64,000 nucleotides of DNA. Source: Podarcis pityusensis. Lineage: Eukaryota. Position numbers and translations under genes: made by a program. Shown piece by piece: positions 26,201 to 40,400 of this stretch. Every line of letters starts with the position of its first letter. Position 1 is the first letter of the stretch. Under the pieces are notes generated by a model. That model was not told the origin of the DNA and made no database searches. It worked only from the letters and a program-made list of their open reading frames with translations. The stretch lies in NCBI GenBank assembly GCA_964106645.2, contig OZ067045.1. One strand, written 5' to 3'.

Positions 26201-28461
26201 ACTGCGGCCAAACTCACAAGCAGGGTATCAAGGTGATGGCCACCCCCTGTTCATTCTCAGCATCTGATTATCAGAGATACACGGCTGATGGACATGGAGG
26301 CTCCGTTCAGCTAAACTGCCATCAACAGACCCGATAGCTAAATCTGCTTAATTCTTTTAAAAACCATTTAAGTGGGTAACTTGAAGTGAATGCCAATAAT
26401 TTTCACTGACTGAGCCTGAATTTCCATGCCTTGGAGAGTGAATGGTTTTGCTACCATTCTTTCCACATCCTTCATTGCAGTCCTGAATCCCCTTCACATG
26501 AGACTCAGGTGGCTTGGGTGGTCTGGAGTGCCTTCCATCAGTTTTGGTTAGAGGCCCACCTGCACCCCTATCTGGATAGCCTATCTGGATAGCCTAGCGT
26601 CTGTTGTCTAGGCTCTGGTAACTGAAAGGTTAGATGACTGGAACACATTATACATGGGGCTGCCTCTGAAGATGGTTCAGAATTCAGTGTCCAGGTTGCT
26701 CACTGGGGCAAGATGGTTTCAGAACATAAAGTCAATCTGGCCTAACTCCCCTGGCAGCCAATTAGTTTCCAGACCCAATGCAAAGTGCTGATGTTGACCT
26801 ATAAACAGCTCAGGACCGCAGTACCAAGGACCACTTCTCTTCATATGAACTAAACCAGGCCCTGTGATCATCAGCTGAGGCCCTTCTTTGTGTGCCTCCT
26901 CTGTTCAAAGTCTAGAGGGTGGCAACATGAGAATGGGCCTTTTCTGCGGTGGCTCCCCATTTGTGGAATGCTCTCCCCAGGAAGGCTCATCTGGTGCCTT
27001 CATTACAAATTTGCAGGCACTAGGCAAAAACATTACTCTTCTCCCGGGTCTTTTGCTGATTAAATAATTTATGGTCTTTTGAATAACTACTTGAAGATGC
27101 TGGGAATGGTCATGAGGAGATTTGGGGCAAGGTGCCATCAACATGCCAATGAAATTCAGCTCTTTCTCCATAAGACCTGAATCAGGAGAGGCCCCGTGGG
27201 CCCTGAACCAGTTCCTGGCTGCAGTGATGGGATAGATGAGAGAAACTAAACTGAGCTTGAAACCCAGCAAGCCGGGACACTGTGGGTGATTGTTTCCCAT
27301 TTCTGAGAAATCAGCCAGTTGCCTGCCCTGGGTGGGGTTGCACTTGCCCTAAAGAAGCAGGTATGTGGTCTGGGGATGCTTCTGGATCCAGCTTTGTCGC
27401 TGGAAGCAGAGGTAACATCAGTTGCTTGAAGTCCCTTTTACTAGCTCCAACTCGCATGAGAAGCTGCAGCAATCCCTGGACCTGGTTAGCTGAATCACAA
27501 CAGCTGCGACGTTGGTGACACTGAAGGTTGGATTACTGCAATGCGCTCTATATGGGGTTTTTCTTGAGCTTCGTCCAGAAACTGCAGTTAGCAACCACGC
27601 TGCTGCATTTAATGCTTACAGGAGTAGGATTCTGTCAGCATCTAACACCCGTGCTCAGAGTTCTACACTGGCTGCCAACTGGTTACTAGCCCAAGTTGAA
27701 GATGTTACTATTAGAATATAAAGCCATTATCATATTGGGACCAGTTTACTTGAAGGATCACTTTGCCACATATGTACCCACTCAGCCATTTTTACAAGGG
27801 CCACATAATGTTCTCATCTTTTAGTGTCACAGTTCCGACACTCTGGAACTTCCTTTTTGTTCCTGCTCTGTTTATGCAAGTCTACTGAGACATATAAAGT
27901 TGGCGTGTACTTTAAACTGTAAATTTAGTTTACAATGAATATTTCTATCTGTTGGTTTTCTTCTTTTTGCTTTTTAAAAACTAGATTTTACTGTTGACTT
28001 TTATTCACATTTGAAATGCAAACTTTATATTCTTTGTAAACTGCTTGGAGATTTTATGCACAGTTAAGCAGTATACAAATTTTGTAAAATAAATAAAATT
28101 ACACTAAAATAAACACCAGTAGACAGAACAATAAACACAGTGAAAGCTGAAGAGAGAACTTACAGGAAACATCTTAAAAAGCTGTAATCGGTATGCAGTC
28201 CATCCTTTTTTTGATTTATAGATGGGTAATGGGAACTTGACATTTCGGGCATACTGAGAAAACAATAGCACTAGGAAAATAGTCCTAGAGAAAGGAGAGG
28301 AAGGAGAAAAGTTAAGGAATCAATTAACTCTTCACTGAGGTAATAGTTAGCCAACAGAAGCAACTGCAGTTTCTAGCAGTTGCTGCTGTGCTTACAATAA
28401 CAGAGATGGAAGGGATGCAAGGATCATCTAGTCCAATCCCCTGCAATGAAGGAATTGCAAC

Positions 28462-28498
<37 letters not shown>

Positions 28499-31400
28499 TT
28501 TTTATTTGTATCAAGCCCTCCCTGGCCGAGACTGGGCTCAGAGCGGCTAACATCATAAAAACAACACAATAAGCATAAAAACAGACATCAATAAATTAAA
28601 ATACATCTTAAAATTAATTCAAGCAAGTTAAAATCCGGGCAGGTGGCAATTATCAGGGTGGAATTGAGAGTGGTTAATAACTGCCAGGGCCAGCTGTTTC
28701 CACTGATCATACAAGGACCTGTGAGCGGGTTGGGGGCCTCCTTCGGGCTTGTTTAATACAAAGGAAAGTAAGTCAAACTGCATCCTGCCCAAAGGCCTGG
28801 CAGAATAGCTCCGTCTTGCAGGCCCTGCGGAAAGATGTCAAATCCCACAGGGCTCTGGTCTCTTGTGGGAGAGCGTTCCAGTAGGCCGGGGCCACGGCCG
28901 AAAAGGCCCTGGCTCTAGTCAAGGCCAGTCTAATTTCCCTGCGGCCCGGGATCTTCAAGGTGTTGTTAGCAGACCGTAAGGTCCTCCATGGGGCATACCA
29001 GAAGAGGCGGTCCCATAGGTACGAGGGTCCTAGGCCGTATAGGGCTTTAACGGTTAAAACCAGCCCCTTAAACCTGACCCTGTACTCCACTGGGAGCCAG
29101 TGCAGCTGGTATAGCACTGGGTGAATGTGATCCCGTGGCAAGGACCCCATAAGGAGTCTCGCCGCCGCATTCTGCACCTGCTGGAGTTTCTGGGTTAGTT
29201 TCAAGGGCAGCCCCATGTAGAGAACTAAAGAATCCCTGACAAGTGGCCACCCAACCATTGCTTTAAATCCTCCAAGGAGTCCACCACCTTCTGAGAGAGT
29301 CTGTTCCACTGTCGAACAGCTCTTACTGTCATAAATTTATTCCTCGTGCTTAGTCAGAATCTCCTTCCTTGCCACTTGAATCCAATGGCTTGCGTCCTAC
29401 TTTCTGGAGCAGGAGAAAACTAACTTGGTCCACCTTCCTTGGAATACATCTTTAGATTTTTGAAGATGACTATCATATCACCTCTCAGTTTTATTGTAGT
29501 ATATTTAAAACTACAGTAAAACTGCATATTTAAAGTACAGTAACTACTGCAGAAACAGAATTGTATCATGGCAAAAGTTTTTATTTTTAGTCAGAGAAAG
29601 TAAGGAATTAGCCTTTTAAAATGAAAAAGTTACTTAATGTTGCCATTTTTTCCTTTCTTTCTTTCTTTAATGAGCTTTATAAGCATAAGCTTAATTTAAT
29701 TTGTTCCGCTCACAAGCTTTAAGAACTGAAATCCCACAGTGAATTTGCCTTTCCGCCTGCAAAACTTATGCCCCCTAGAACAGATGAAGTTTTGTCTGGG
29801 AGAGAAGCAAACTTACTACCGTGGGAGGCTGGCTTAGGCTTTAGCATGTTTTGAAGTCTTGCCGAAATCCACATTTTAGGAAGTGAAGCAAAACCAAAAC
29901 CAACAACAACAACCCTGCCCAGTGCTGAAAAGAAATCTAATCTTCGGTCTCCTTAAAGTTACGGGCCTGCAAAATGTCAGTAGGGTAGTTGGGAGATGAA
30001 TGTTTTTTCTTTTAAGGTTAGGCAGCCAGGGTCTCTTTTTAAGCTCAGGGTCAAGATCTTCACTGTGTGGGGACCTGCAATTTCCCCTTATTTTTATTTT
30101 AAGTATTTATATATTGCTTAATAGGGGGACAGGAGGGGCTAGACTGATATCTCATCCTCTATGCTTGTTTCTATAATGTGTTTTAAGCTGCATTAACACT
30201 GCCTGTAAGCTGCCTTGAGCTCAAGAAAGGCTCAATAAATCAATTAAATAAATGCATTGCTCAGGGGCCATGCTTCCTCACTTGGCTGCCACAGGATGTG
30301 AAACAATGGCCAAAGTAAGCAAACTTAAGGTCTAAATTGTTAGCCTCTGAAATAAGCAGGCTTCCAATTACATAACCAAATCCTCAGAATGCACCTATCA
30401 ACAAAATGTGTGTGCCATTATACATGTTCAGACTTCCTATGCTGGAAGAAGGCTGTCTTTATGTTAAGTGCCAAACATAGCTTCGAGAAATGCTAATCCA
30501 CTGAGAACACAGCTACAAATTCCTGAACAAACTTCCCTGAAATTCTAGGAGGGCAGGTTACATCCCAGTATATAAAAGAGTGAGGCTGAAATCACCTTCA
30601 ACTCAAAAGGAAACAGACAAAGACCTTTGTTCTTCTCCTTCAGGCACAAAGGATCTGAACTCTGCAGTGGCATCATTTGATACCATGACCTTCTGCTAAG
30701 CATGAATGAGTAAAAAAAAAGAAAGCTTTCTTGTGCTGTTTTTTTAAAAACGTGAAAGCCTTAATGGTAGTTTTAAAATATGACTTCTTTATGGAACAGC
30801 ATTTGATCTAGTGCTGTCAAATTATTTATACAAAGTTGCTGGGGTGTTGTTGTTTTTTTTTGGGGGGGTGCGCTTGTGTGAAGAGGGTTCACCAACATCC
30901 TAAGACCAGCTTCTACTCTTTCATACACTTTTTTACACCGGCGGGAAGGTAAACGGCGTTTCGGTGTGCTGCTCTGGTTCGCCAGAAGTGGCTTAGTCAT
31001 GCTGGCCACATGACCCGGAAGCTGTACGCCGGCTCCCTCGGCCAATAAAGCGAGATGAGCGCTGCAACCCCAGAGTCATCCGCGACTGGGCCTAACGGTC
31101 AGGGGTACCTTTACCTTTACCTAGCCATCAGAATCATGTAAGTAAATGTACTGAAACTGCAGGTCCGTTTTGCCACTGATGATTATGGCAAACAATACCC
31201 TCATACTGTCCTCAAGCTGAGAGGCGGGGGCTGGGATCACTGTTGCCAGAGCTACCAGGCTGTACCTCCTCATGCATCATTCCAATCCACACCTGCTATT
31301 AAGTGGGTCAGAGTCAGACTGCAGAGACAGGGTGAATTCAGGGCTGCCTTGCTTCCTATAACAACATTGATTTAAGAGGTCTGTCTGTGCCCCAAGAGTC

Positions 31401-34400
31401 AATAATCCATTTCACTTGAACCTGGCCCTTGACCCAAGGCTTTAATGGTAGGGCTGCTTTGGGTTGCTGATAATCTTCCCTGCGGTCCCTGGTGATTGAT
31501 GTCCCAATTTGATGGCTAAAAACAAACACTGAAATTCCAACAGTTTTGTATGTTTTTAAACTTGATTGTAAGTTGCCTGGAGACTGCCTTGTGGTCAGGT
31601 GATAACACACATACACAAAAACATTATCAACAATTCTGGTAATATTTGAGTGATCAACTTGGAATGAAGACAGTTTTCCTAATAGTCACATTTACTCTGA
31701 TTTCTTGGAATTTATTGGTAGCATTTTAGACATGGCCACTGAACCTAGAACTTACAGGAGGGGTAGAATATGCATGTAGATTGCAAGAGGAGTTAAGAAT
31801 GATGTTCTGCTTCTGAACATATGAATATGCCACAGTTCTGTGAGCAAAGTGTTAACACCAGGCCTCATAATCATTTTTTCTGTAATAGTAGTGGGATGCT
31901 GCTGAATTGGAAATGTACTGGGATCCAATGTAAATCCGGTCTTAAAGGATCTAAATTGGACCCCAGGACGTTTCTGAGCACAATTCAAATTTTGGTGCTG
32001 ATCTTTAAACCCCTAAAAGGCTTTGGCCCTGTATACCTGAAGGAGTGCCTCCACCCCCATCATTCACTGAGATCCAGCTCCGAGGGCCTTCTGGCAGTTA
32101 CCTCATTGTGAGAAGTGATGTTACAGAAAATGAGGCAGAGGGCCTTCTTGGTAGTTGTGCCCACCCTGGCCAAGCTTCATGGCTGAGTGGGGATTCAAAC
32201 CCTGGTCTCCCAGTTCCCAGTCTGACACTACTACATTGTTAGCTGTTTTAGGCATCTGGAAAGCCAGCACACCATTGCTTAAGAAATACTTTAGAATATA
32301 ACATCTTTAGAATATGACATCTTTCCGCAGGGCCTGCAAGACAGAGCTGTTCCACCAGGCCTTTGGCCAGGGAACAGCCTGACTCCCTCCCTCGGCAATC
32401 TTCGCGGAGCTCTGGCCCAATGGTTGCCAGTGGCTTGATTTGAATCAATTTTATAATGAATGATTTTAGAGTGTTGTGTTGTGTTGTGTTGTACTGTTGT
32501 ACTGTTGTATTGTTGTTAGCCGCCCTGAGCCCGGCTTCGGCTGGGGAGGGCGGGATATAAATAAAAATTATTATTATTAATTATTATTATTATTATTATT
32601 ATTATTACTTAGAAGGATTCTCATTTCATAGATTCATCTTCATTTGAAGATAATGGCCCTTAGTACCCCCTAGGAGAGGCAATGATCAGTAGTGACAGAC
32701 ATTGGCTGTTTTATACTGACTGACGGCACTTCATCAACTGTTGAGGGACAAAGGATACTCACAGCATGGCTATGCCCCAGTGTTTGCCTGCTCTTTCTCC
32801 AGCGGCCTGGAAGCCAGAAAGCCCAATGAGAGCCACAGTTGGTGTAATCGTCAGAGGTCCAATGTATCTCAGGAGCGCTCCTGGCAGGCCCAGGAACCCA
32901 ATCACCACTTCTATCAAAGATGACATAATAATAGCGCCTTGGATCTGAACACAGAGAAAAATAATAGTAATTTAGATTTTTAAAGAAATTCTATGCTTCT
33001 GAGGGTTTTTGTTTTTTTTCAATGGGTGGATGAACTGCAAGTCAAATAATTCAGTGACTAGGCAGAACTGGGCAATGGCATGTGTTATTCAGCTAGGTGC
33101 TTAAGCAGATGTTTTCTGGGCTAAAGAATATCTGAAGGTCAGAGGTATGTTCTGTGGTACCAACAGAAGTCGGATCAATAGCAAAGCTCCCAACTTCATC
33201 CACTTCCTCTTACCGCTTAAGCACACTGCTTGCTTTCAATGCACAACGGGGGTCATTAGACCAGCCTGGCCGTTGTGTCCATAGCACATCACACTGTCAT
33301 ACAGGAAGACCTGGGTTCCAAGCTAACCTTTAAAGCTCTCAGATCGAACCGGCAAGGGCTGGTGGCGCCACGGAGGTGATGCTCTTAGCTCCTAGGGGCA
33401 GAGTGTATGATGCATTTGGTCACACGTGCTCTTTAGAAGCTGGCATAGAGCAGCGCTGTGGTCTCAGGAGACTGCCAGCCCCCCCTTGGCTGCAGGCCTC
33501 TTGGCAGGATGGAACTACGGTTTGAAGATGGGGAAGAGAGAGGGGATGTTTTTAAATTGAGGAATAACTGGCAGCCCAAAGCAATGGGATGGGAGAAAAG
33601 TTCCATGACACACATGTGAACTGGGAGTCTATTCTATTTTTTCCCCCTGTAGTGAGACAACTCTCCTGGATTCTTATGGATATTTGCATCAAAAGAATGA
33701 TCATTAGAGGAGAAGGAGAAACCGAATAGCAAAACTACACATGGCTTTGGGGAAACTGGGCACTCCTTACAATTGTACCTGGCTTTCCAAAACAGAAACA
33801 CAATAAATGCGGATTATCCTCATTGCAGAGCAGAGACAATCCAGTAATTTGTTAGAAGCTAATTTGTTATTTTGGCTATGACTGGTCAGATGAGCATATC
33901 ACAAGATGCAGAATGCCAGACTCCCCTGACATGGGAGCATGTCTCCATCAAGACCATAGTGCACCTCAAGCTGTTTTGGGGAGGGGGAGGGGGCTTCGCA
34001 GGCACAATTAACATACAGAAAAGATTAAAACCTGCATGTAACGAATGTGCAGAAAAAGTTACATGCAAAGAGAAGAACGAAAAAGGGTAACAATTTCAAC
34101 AGTTCAAGGCAGCAGGGCATCTGGATGAAAAGAACCTACTGAAGTGAAGACATGGCACTGACTACATGGTGCAAGTTACCTCTCGTATCCTAGGGTACCA
34201 GATATGTTCCGTATGCAGCAGCTCTGTTGTTCCATTGGTAATCATTACAGCTTAGGAAGGCAAAAAGAAATATTTCGCATTACGGCAAAATAAAGCACAA
34301 CGATTCCATGCACCCCAGCATTAAATTCTGTATGAAACAAGAAGGTGCCCAAGTCCAGAATTACAACACAAAGAGGATAGTTTGCTTCAGGCATCCCCAA

Positions 34401-37400
34401 CCTGTCCAACCTTTCTATGAAAATCTCCAAGAAAGACGACTGCAGAACTTTAGCAACTTGCTCTCTTGATACTGAACCATGATACCCCCAAATACCAGGT
34501 GTTGGGTAGTAAGACCAAGGCACAGTCATCACCTCCAGAATCTGCTTGTCAGTGATCAATTGGCATCTGACTGGCCATGGCTAGAAAGGCTGGCACAGGC
34601 AACATTCATATGAGTTGCTCCTGAGGTTAGTACAGTGCTGAACCTCCTATTTCCTTCTACAGCTTTAATCCAACTGTTTGGCCATTCTCGTGAATGAACA
34701 GAATCTACCACCACCAATCTGCCCCACCCCCCAGTACTTCTTATGGACATCATTTTATATATTTTGCTTTTTAAAAACCACCCCATCGTTGTTTATTTGT
34801 TCCCTCACATAATTTGTAAATCATTCATTCTGTATTTAGGCTGTGTTCTAGATGAATTCATTCCTCAAGGGCTAATCTCTAATGCCAGTTTCAAGACTGT
34901 TGAAAGTAGGAATGGACAAGTAACCAGAGTTGGCACAAAAGGAGGCAAAGGTCCACTTAAGAGCTGCAGAGGGGTGATTCAGAGTGCAGATAAAGTGACT
35001 TTTGCATATTATTTCTCCAGATCTGTCGCCTGTTAATTGGGATGGCTAGACCGCAATAGCAGCTCCCGTCTGACACGTCATGAAGGTTAGAAGTGGTCAA
35101 GGAAGAAAGAACAAAGATTCTTTTCATAAACAAAATGTTCTATATTTATGATTCCTAATTTCCATACAGTAGCTCTTCCCTGAGGCATGCAGAATGTAGC
35201 CATCCTGATCTATTAGAGCTGCAGTCAGGCTATTTGACCTAAAATCCTGCAATTAGGACACAAGAATATATGCTCAGTGTCATTGATGCCCAGCGGGGCC
35301 TGAGCTTCTACAGAAAAACAGATTCTGTAACCAGAAAACCAAAGCAGCACAACTATTATACAAACAAAATTGAAAGCATATTATTTTGTACACTTGTTTT
35401 GAGATTATTATTTTAGAATTTGGAAGTGTTTGCCTTTTTATTGTCATCCATTTGGAAAAGAGGATTTGCAGGACTACGAAGGAACTAGGACTTCAGCTGA
35501 GCAGCGTATGGACATGTGTCTCCTTGTCTGTGCATGAAGCCAGCCAAGGCGAGTCAATCAGGAAAACTGAGGCAACACTCCCCAGCCCAAAATATCATAT
35601 TCATATTGAATATTTGTGAATTATCAAACTTGGTGAATATGCCAACCTCTCTTGCAGCTGCAGATACAGTTGAAAGTGTGCTTCTTCTTCCACTACATTT
35701 ACTCAACACAAAAATCACTCTTGTAGAATAAGGACCCTGAATCTTGGTGAATGTATTACACACTGTATTTTTGAGATTTTTAACTACTGGTGGTAACAAT
35801 GCCCCTCCCTCTGGCTCCTCCGCATGTCACAGGACCTCCTACCATACTGCCAAACTACTTCCTGCAATGTCAAGTAAAATGAGTTCAAATCTCAGTTCAA
35901 CCAAGGACTTATAGAGCTGACCTCTCAGCCTTAATTGCTCACTGCAACATGGGAACAAAAATGGCTTTTCATGAATGCTTGTTGTTTGGAAGATGAGGTA
36001 AGAACTCTTTGCAAGCTTTGGAACTAATGATAGGCCACCATCTCAAAAAAGATTCAACATAATCTTCTTAGATATCTGTTTAGGCTTTCCTGGGAACCCA
36101 GCATATATTTTAATTCCCAAAGGTGCTTCAAGGCAAAGTTGCCCTGAGTCATCTGGGCTTGGTCAATCTGTAGCAGAGTGCTTTCCTATTCTGCTTCCTT
36201 GCTGGGCCGTGACACATTCAGCAAGGAAAAACAAAAACCTATGTAATCACTGGACCAGTTTCCCGTTTGGGACTTGTAGGCTCTCTCTAACCATTCCAAA
36301 AATGGTTTCTGCTTTCAAATGCTCAGGAAAAGAACCTGTAGCCCCTTCAGAAAAGGCAAGCAATCAGCTAAGAATGTGGACACTGTTGCTACTCTCTTTC
36401 TTCATAGGACAGTTGTTTCTCATCAAGTGCAATATTAGCGTTGGCTGCACTGTAGTCTTAAGTAACAGATCTGGCCCTGGCCTCTAGTCATGTAAACATG
36501 CCAATTATTTCCAAAAGTACTTTGTGCTATTTTATACTTGTTTGCCCTGTTAAGACCTGTCAGAAAGAATATACGTAGGAGAATGAACACACACAGAAAC
36601 AAACACACACACACACCCCACCATCACAAAAAATTATCATGTTCTAGTTTCCTTAGACTTGCCAGTGTAGTCAAGACACTGTCGCTCCAAATAATGCTAT
36701 AAAAATGTTGTATAAGCAAGGCAGGAATAATAAAAAATGGGTTTTCAGAGTAGAAATCAGGCTCATTCTTTAGTGTTTGCTGTGAATAAACAATGGTTTA
36801 CCATAACCATGGAACCAACTACCTCCTCCTCCTCTGGCATGGCCATGTGGAGTTTGGGTTCTACTACTCTTTTTTAGACAAACCACAGCTTGTTTGTGAC
36901 ATCCAGACTACAGTTATGCTCAACTATAGTTAGTAGAAAAAGCCAAGTTCAAACTGTACTTTCGAGGCTAGCTTCTTTTCACAAACACACGTGGGGGGGG
37001 GGCAGAGGATGGTGAGGGGATGAGGGTCAGTGCACAGGAACCAGAGGAGCAGGACCCATCCCCACAGCCAGAGGGGCCCCCCGACTCCACGAACATGGCA
37101 GACTCTGAGGCGTAGAGAGCAGTGCCATGTATGCTCTAGTAATAATAATTATTATTATTTATAGCCCGCCCTCCCCGGCCAGAGCTGGGCTCAGGGCGGC
37201 TAAGACCAGTAAAATTACAGTAAAAACATAATGGGGGGGGGGGACCAATTTAAAATACGGGTTAAAATGCAATTTAAAATGCAGCCTCGTTTTAAAAGTA
37301 GCCCATAGATCAAAACCATAAGGGGAGGGAAACATAAGGGTCAGACTGAGTCCAAACCAAAGGCCAGGCAGAACAGCTCTGTCTTGCAGGCCCTGTGGAA

Positions 37401-40400
37401 AGATGTCAAGTCCTGCAGGGCCCTAGTTTCTTGTGACAGAGCATTCCACTAAGTTGGAGCCAGTAATGAAAAGGCCCTGGCCCTAGTTGAGACCAATCTA
37501 CCCATCTTGCAACTTGGGACCTCCAAAATGTTAAGGACCTTAAGGTCCTCCACGGAGCATACCAGGAGAGGCGGTCCTGTAGGTACATGGGTCTCTAGGA
37601 GGCTGAGGCAGGCTAGACCCTCCAGCCCAGCTCACTAGAGCTGACCTAGGAGGAGGTGTGTCAGTGGATTAGGCTCAGGACAGGTGAGGGTCACCTGCCT
37701 TATCAAGCCCAGATGCTGCAATCAAGATTCAAGGGATAAAAAAGAAGCAGAGCTGAGGTGCTGTGTCTGCTCAACTTCTCATGTTGAATGACCACAGCTT
37801 GGTTGTCCTAAGAGCTTCACAGGACTGAACCCCTTGGATCAGCTGCAGAGGCAGAGGCAGAGACCTGGCCTGACTGTTGGACTATGGACATGGCTTTCAG
37901 TATTGAACATGGACAGTGTTTCCTGACCCGTTGGGACTACTAACATTTGCCCTTGGGACTGTATACACCAGCAGGACTGGTGGCTAGGGGTTCAGGAAAC
38001 ATGAAGAGAGAAGAGCAGAGACAGATACGTCAACATATTTTCAGATTGCTTGGGAAGACCCACAGGAGGAGATTTAGGCAGCTGTGTAAAACAGGTCATA
38101 CATACACCATTATACTTAAGTATATAAAAGAATACAGGCAACTCCCCAATTGTGTGCGTTTGGCATGCATATGACCATGCACATGTGTGCCATTTTCGGC
38201 ACTGGAAAGGGGTCAGGGTGGGGGCAGAACTCCCCCATGCAAATGGGGAGGGAGTTACATGTTCATAAGAGGAGCCCTGCTGGATCATTCCATGCCAATT
38301 CCCATAGTAGCCAATTGAATTCAACATTAGTAACATAAGAAGAGCCTGCTGGATCAAGCCAATGCCCCATCTAGTCCAACATCCTGTTCTTACAGTGGCC
38401 AACCAGATGCCCATGGGAAACCAGCAAGCAGGATTTGGGCACAAGAGGATTCAAGCACAAGAGCAATCTCCCCTCTGGTGGTTTCCAGCAACTGGAAGCC
38501 CATATGCAGAGATGAAGGCAACATTCCTCTCCCACTATTGCATCTAGGCACTGAAGTCCCTGAAGATGCAGGATCCATACAGCCATCACTACTAGCAGCC
38601 CACACTTTTTTTTTTAGTTGTTTAATGAGTGTACTTGTTGTTGTTGCTGTTGATGTTTAGTCGTTTAGTCGTGTCCAACTCTTCATGACCCCATGGACCA
38701 GAGCACACCAGGCACTCCTGTCTTCCACTGCCTCCCGCAGTTTGGTCAGACTCATGTTTGTAGCTTCAAGAACACTGTCCCACCATCTCGTCCTCTGTCG
38801 TCCCCTTCTCCTTGTGCCCTCCATCTTTCCCAACATCAGGGTCTTTTCCAGGGAGTCTTCTCTTCTCATGAGGTGGCCAAAGTATTGGAGCCTCAGCTTC
38901 AGAATCTGTCCTTCCAGTGAGCACTCAGGACTGATTTCCTTAAGAATGGAGAGGTTTGATCTTCTTGCAGTCTATGGGACTCTCAAAAGTCTACTCCAGC
39001 ACCATAATTCAAAAGCATCAATTCTTCGGCGATCAGCCTTCTTTATGGTCCAGCTCTCACTTCCATACATCACTACTGGGAAAACCATAGCTTTGACTAT
39101 ACGGGCCTTTGTTGGCAAGGTGATGTATACTAGTGTGAGACAAATTCTGGTACCTCTCTTGAGTGGCTGGGGAAACCCAGGCCAGATGGGAGGTGTGTGT
39201 GTGTGTGTGTGTGTGTAACAACAACAACAACTTGAACAGCAAAAACCTTACCAAAAGCTTTGGCTAAAACATGTTAGACAGTCTTCACATAGTAAGTAAC
39301 CAGCTTGAAACCAACCTCTTCTCACTCACCTGCTAGAGTCAAGCCCAAACTGGCATGCTAGAGTAACATGGAAAGGTTATGTGAAGCCCAGTTTGGCGTG
39401 CAAATCCCTGGGGAGAGGCTATGGAATTTGCTGCATTTGTCTGGGTATTTTCAAAATTCAATATGGTTTCTACTCTTTAGACAATGTGATCTCCTAGATT
39501 AAATCTGCATTGAGACAACTTTCCTCTGTTTCATCTCCCACTCTGAACTACCTGAAAGATTAAGATGGAAATTGCTTTTTCTTACCTGTGTTGTTGCATC
39601 TCCATTTGTCCAAAGAGAGAATAGCTCTGGCAGGAGCCAAGAATGCAAAAGCGCTGGCTTGGAACAAAGGTAACCTGAAAGAAAGAAAAAGAGAAAAAGG
39701 AGATACCTCAAACTTTTTGTGCAGTGTCATAACTTCCACGCAGATTTTTCTCTAAGGAAAAGAAGAATCAGAAGAAGTCCTTCTTGAATGTGTTAGTATG
39801 CATTTGACCAGATTACACAAAATGTTGACTTAAATACCAATAAGATAAATGAGGGTGAGGAAGGAGTCCACATCCCAGCTTATCTGTGGACTATTTGGGA
39901 GGCTTTTGACAAGCCACAGCCAGTGTTATATTATCCCATCAGCAAAATGGCAATATTAGAGTGAGCTCTCTCATGAAAGAGACAAGTAAGTAATATTTTT
40001 TAATACAATCCACTCCTGCGAGGTTTTTTTTTTCTAGAAAGTGGCATGAACAGTTTAATAAATAATTTCCCCATACTGTAGTCTTGTATTGATTATGCAG
40101 TAGAATTCAAAGTCCTAAATGCTCAGGCTTTGCATAGTTCAGAGGTCAGAGAAAACTGCACCAGATGGTCCAGCAGGGCTCCTTTACATGAGCTCCAAGA
40201 TCCAGATAAAAGGCAGTCTCAATAATTGTTTCAAAATTGCTCATTGTGGTGCTGATCACATGAAGGTTGCATATTCAATCCCTGTAAGGGACAGCTGCAT
40301 ATTCCTGCATTGCAGGGGGGTTGGATTAATGATCCTCAGTGTCCCTTCCAACTCTATGATTCTATTCATTTTTAATGTCCCTACCCACCCAAGTCCTTAT

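Noticed and set aside
27098-27269. Short segment with tgctggg...cccagca inverted ends (solo LTR or MITE?)
   Set aside because: Only 7 bp of inverted repeat, no clear TSD and no second copy in the window.
38685-39218. 177-aa plus-strand ORF
   Set aside because: Antisense frame of the BovB fragment.
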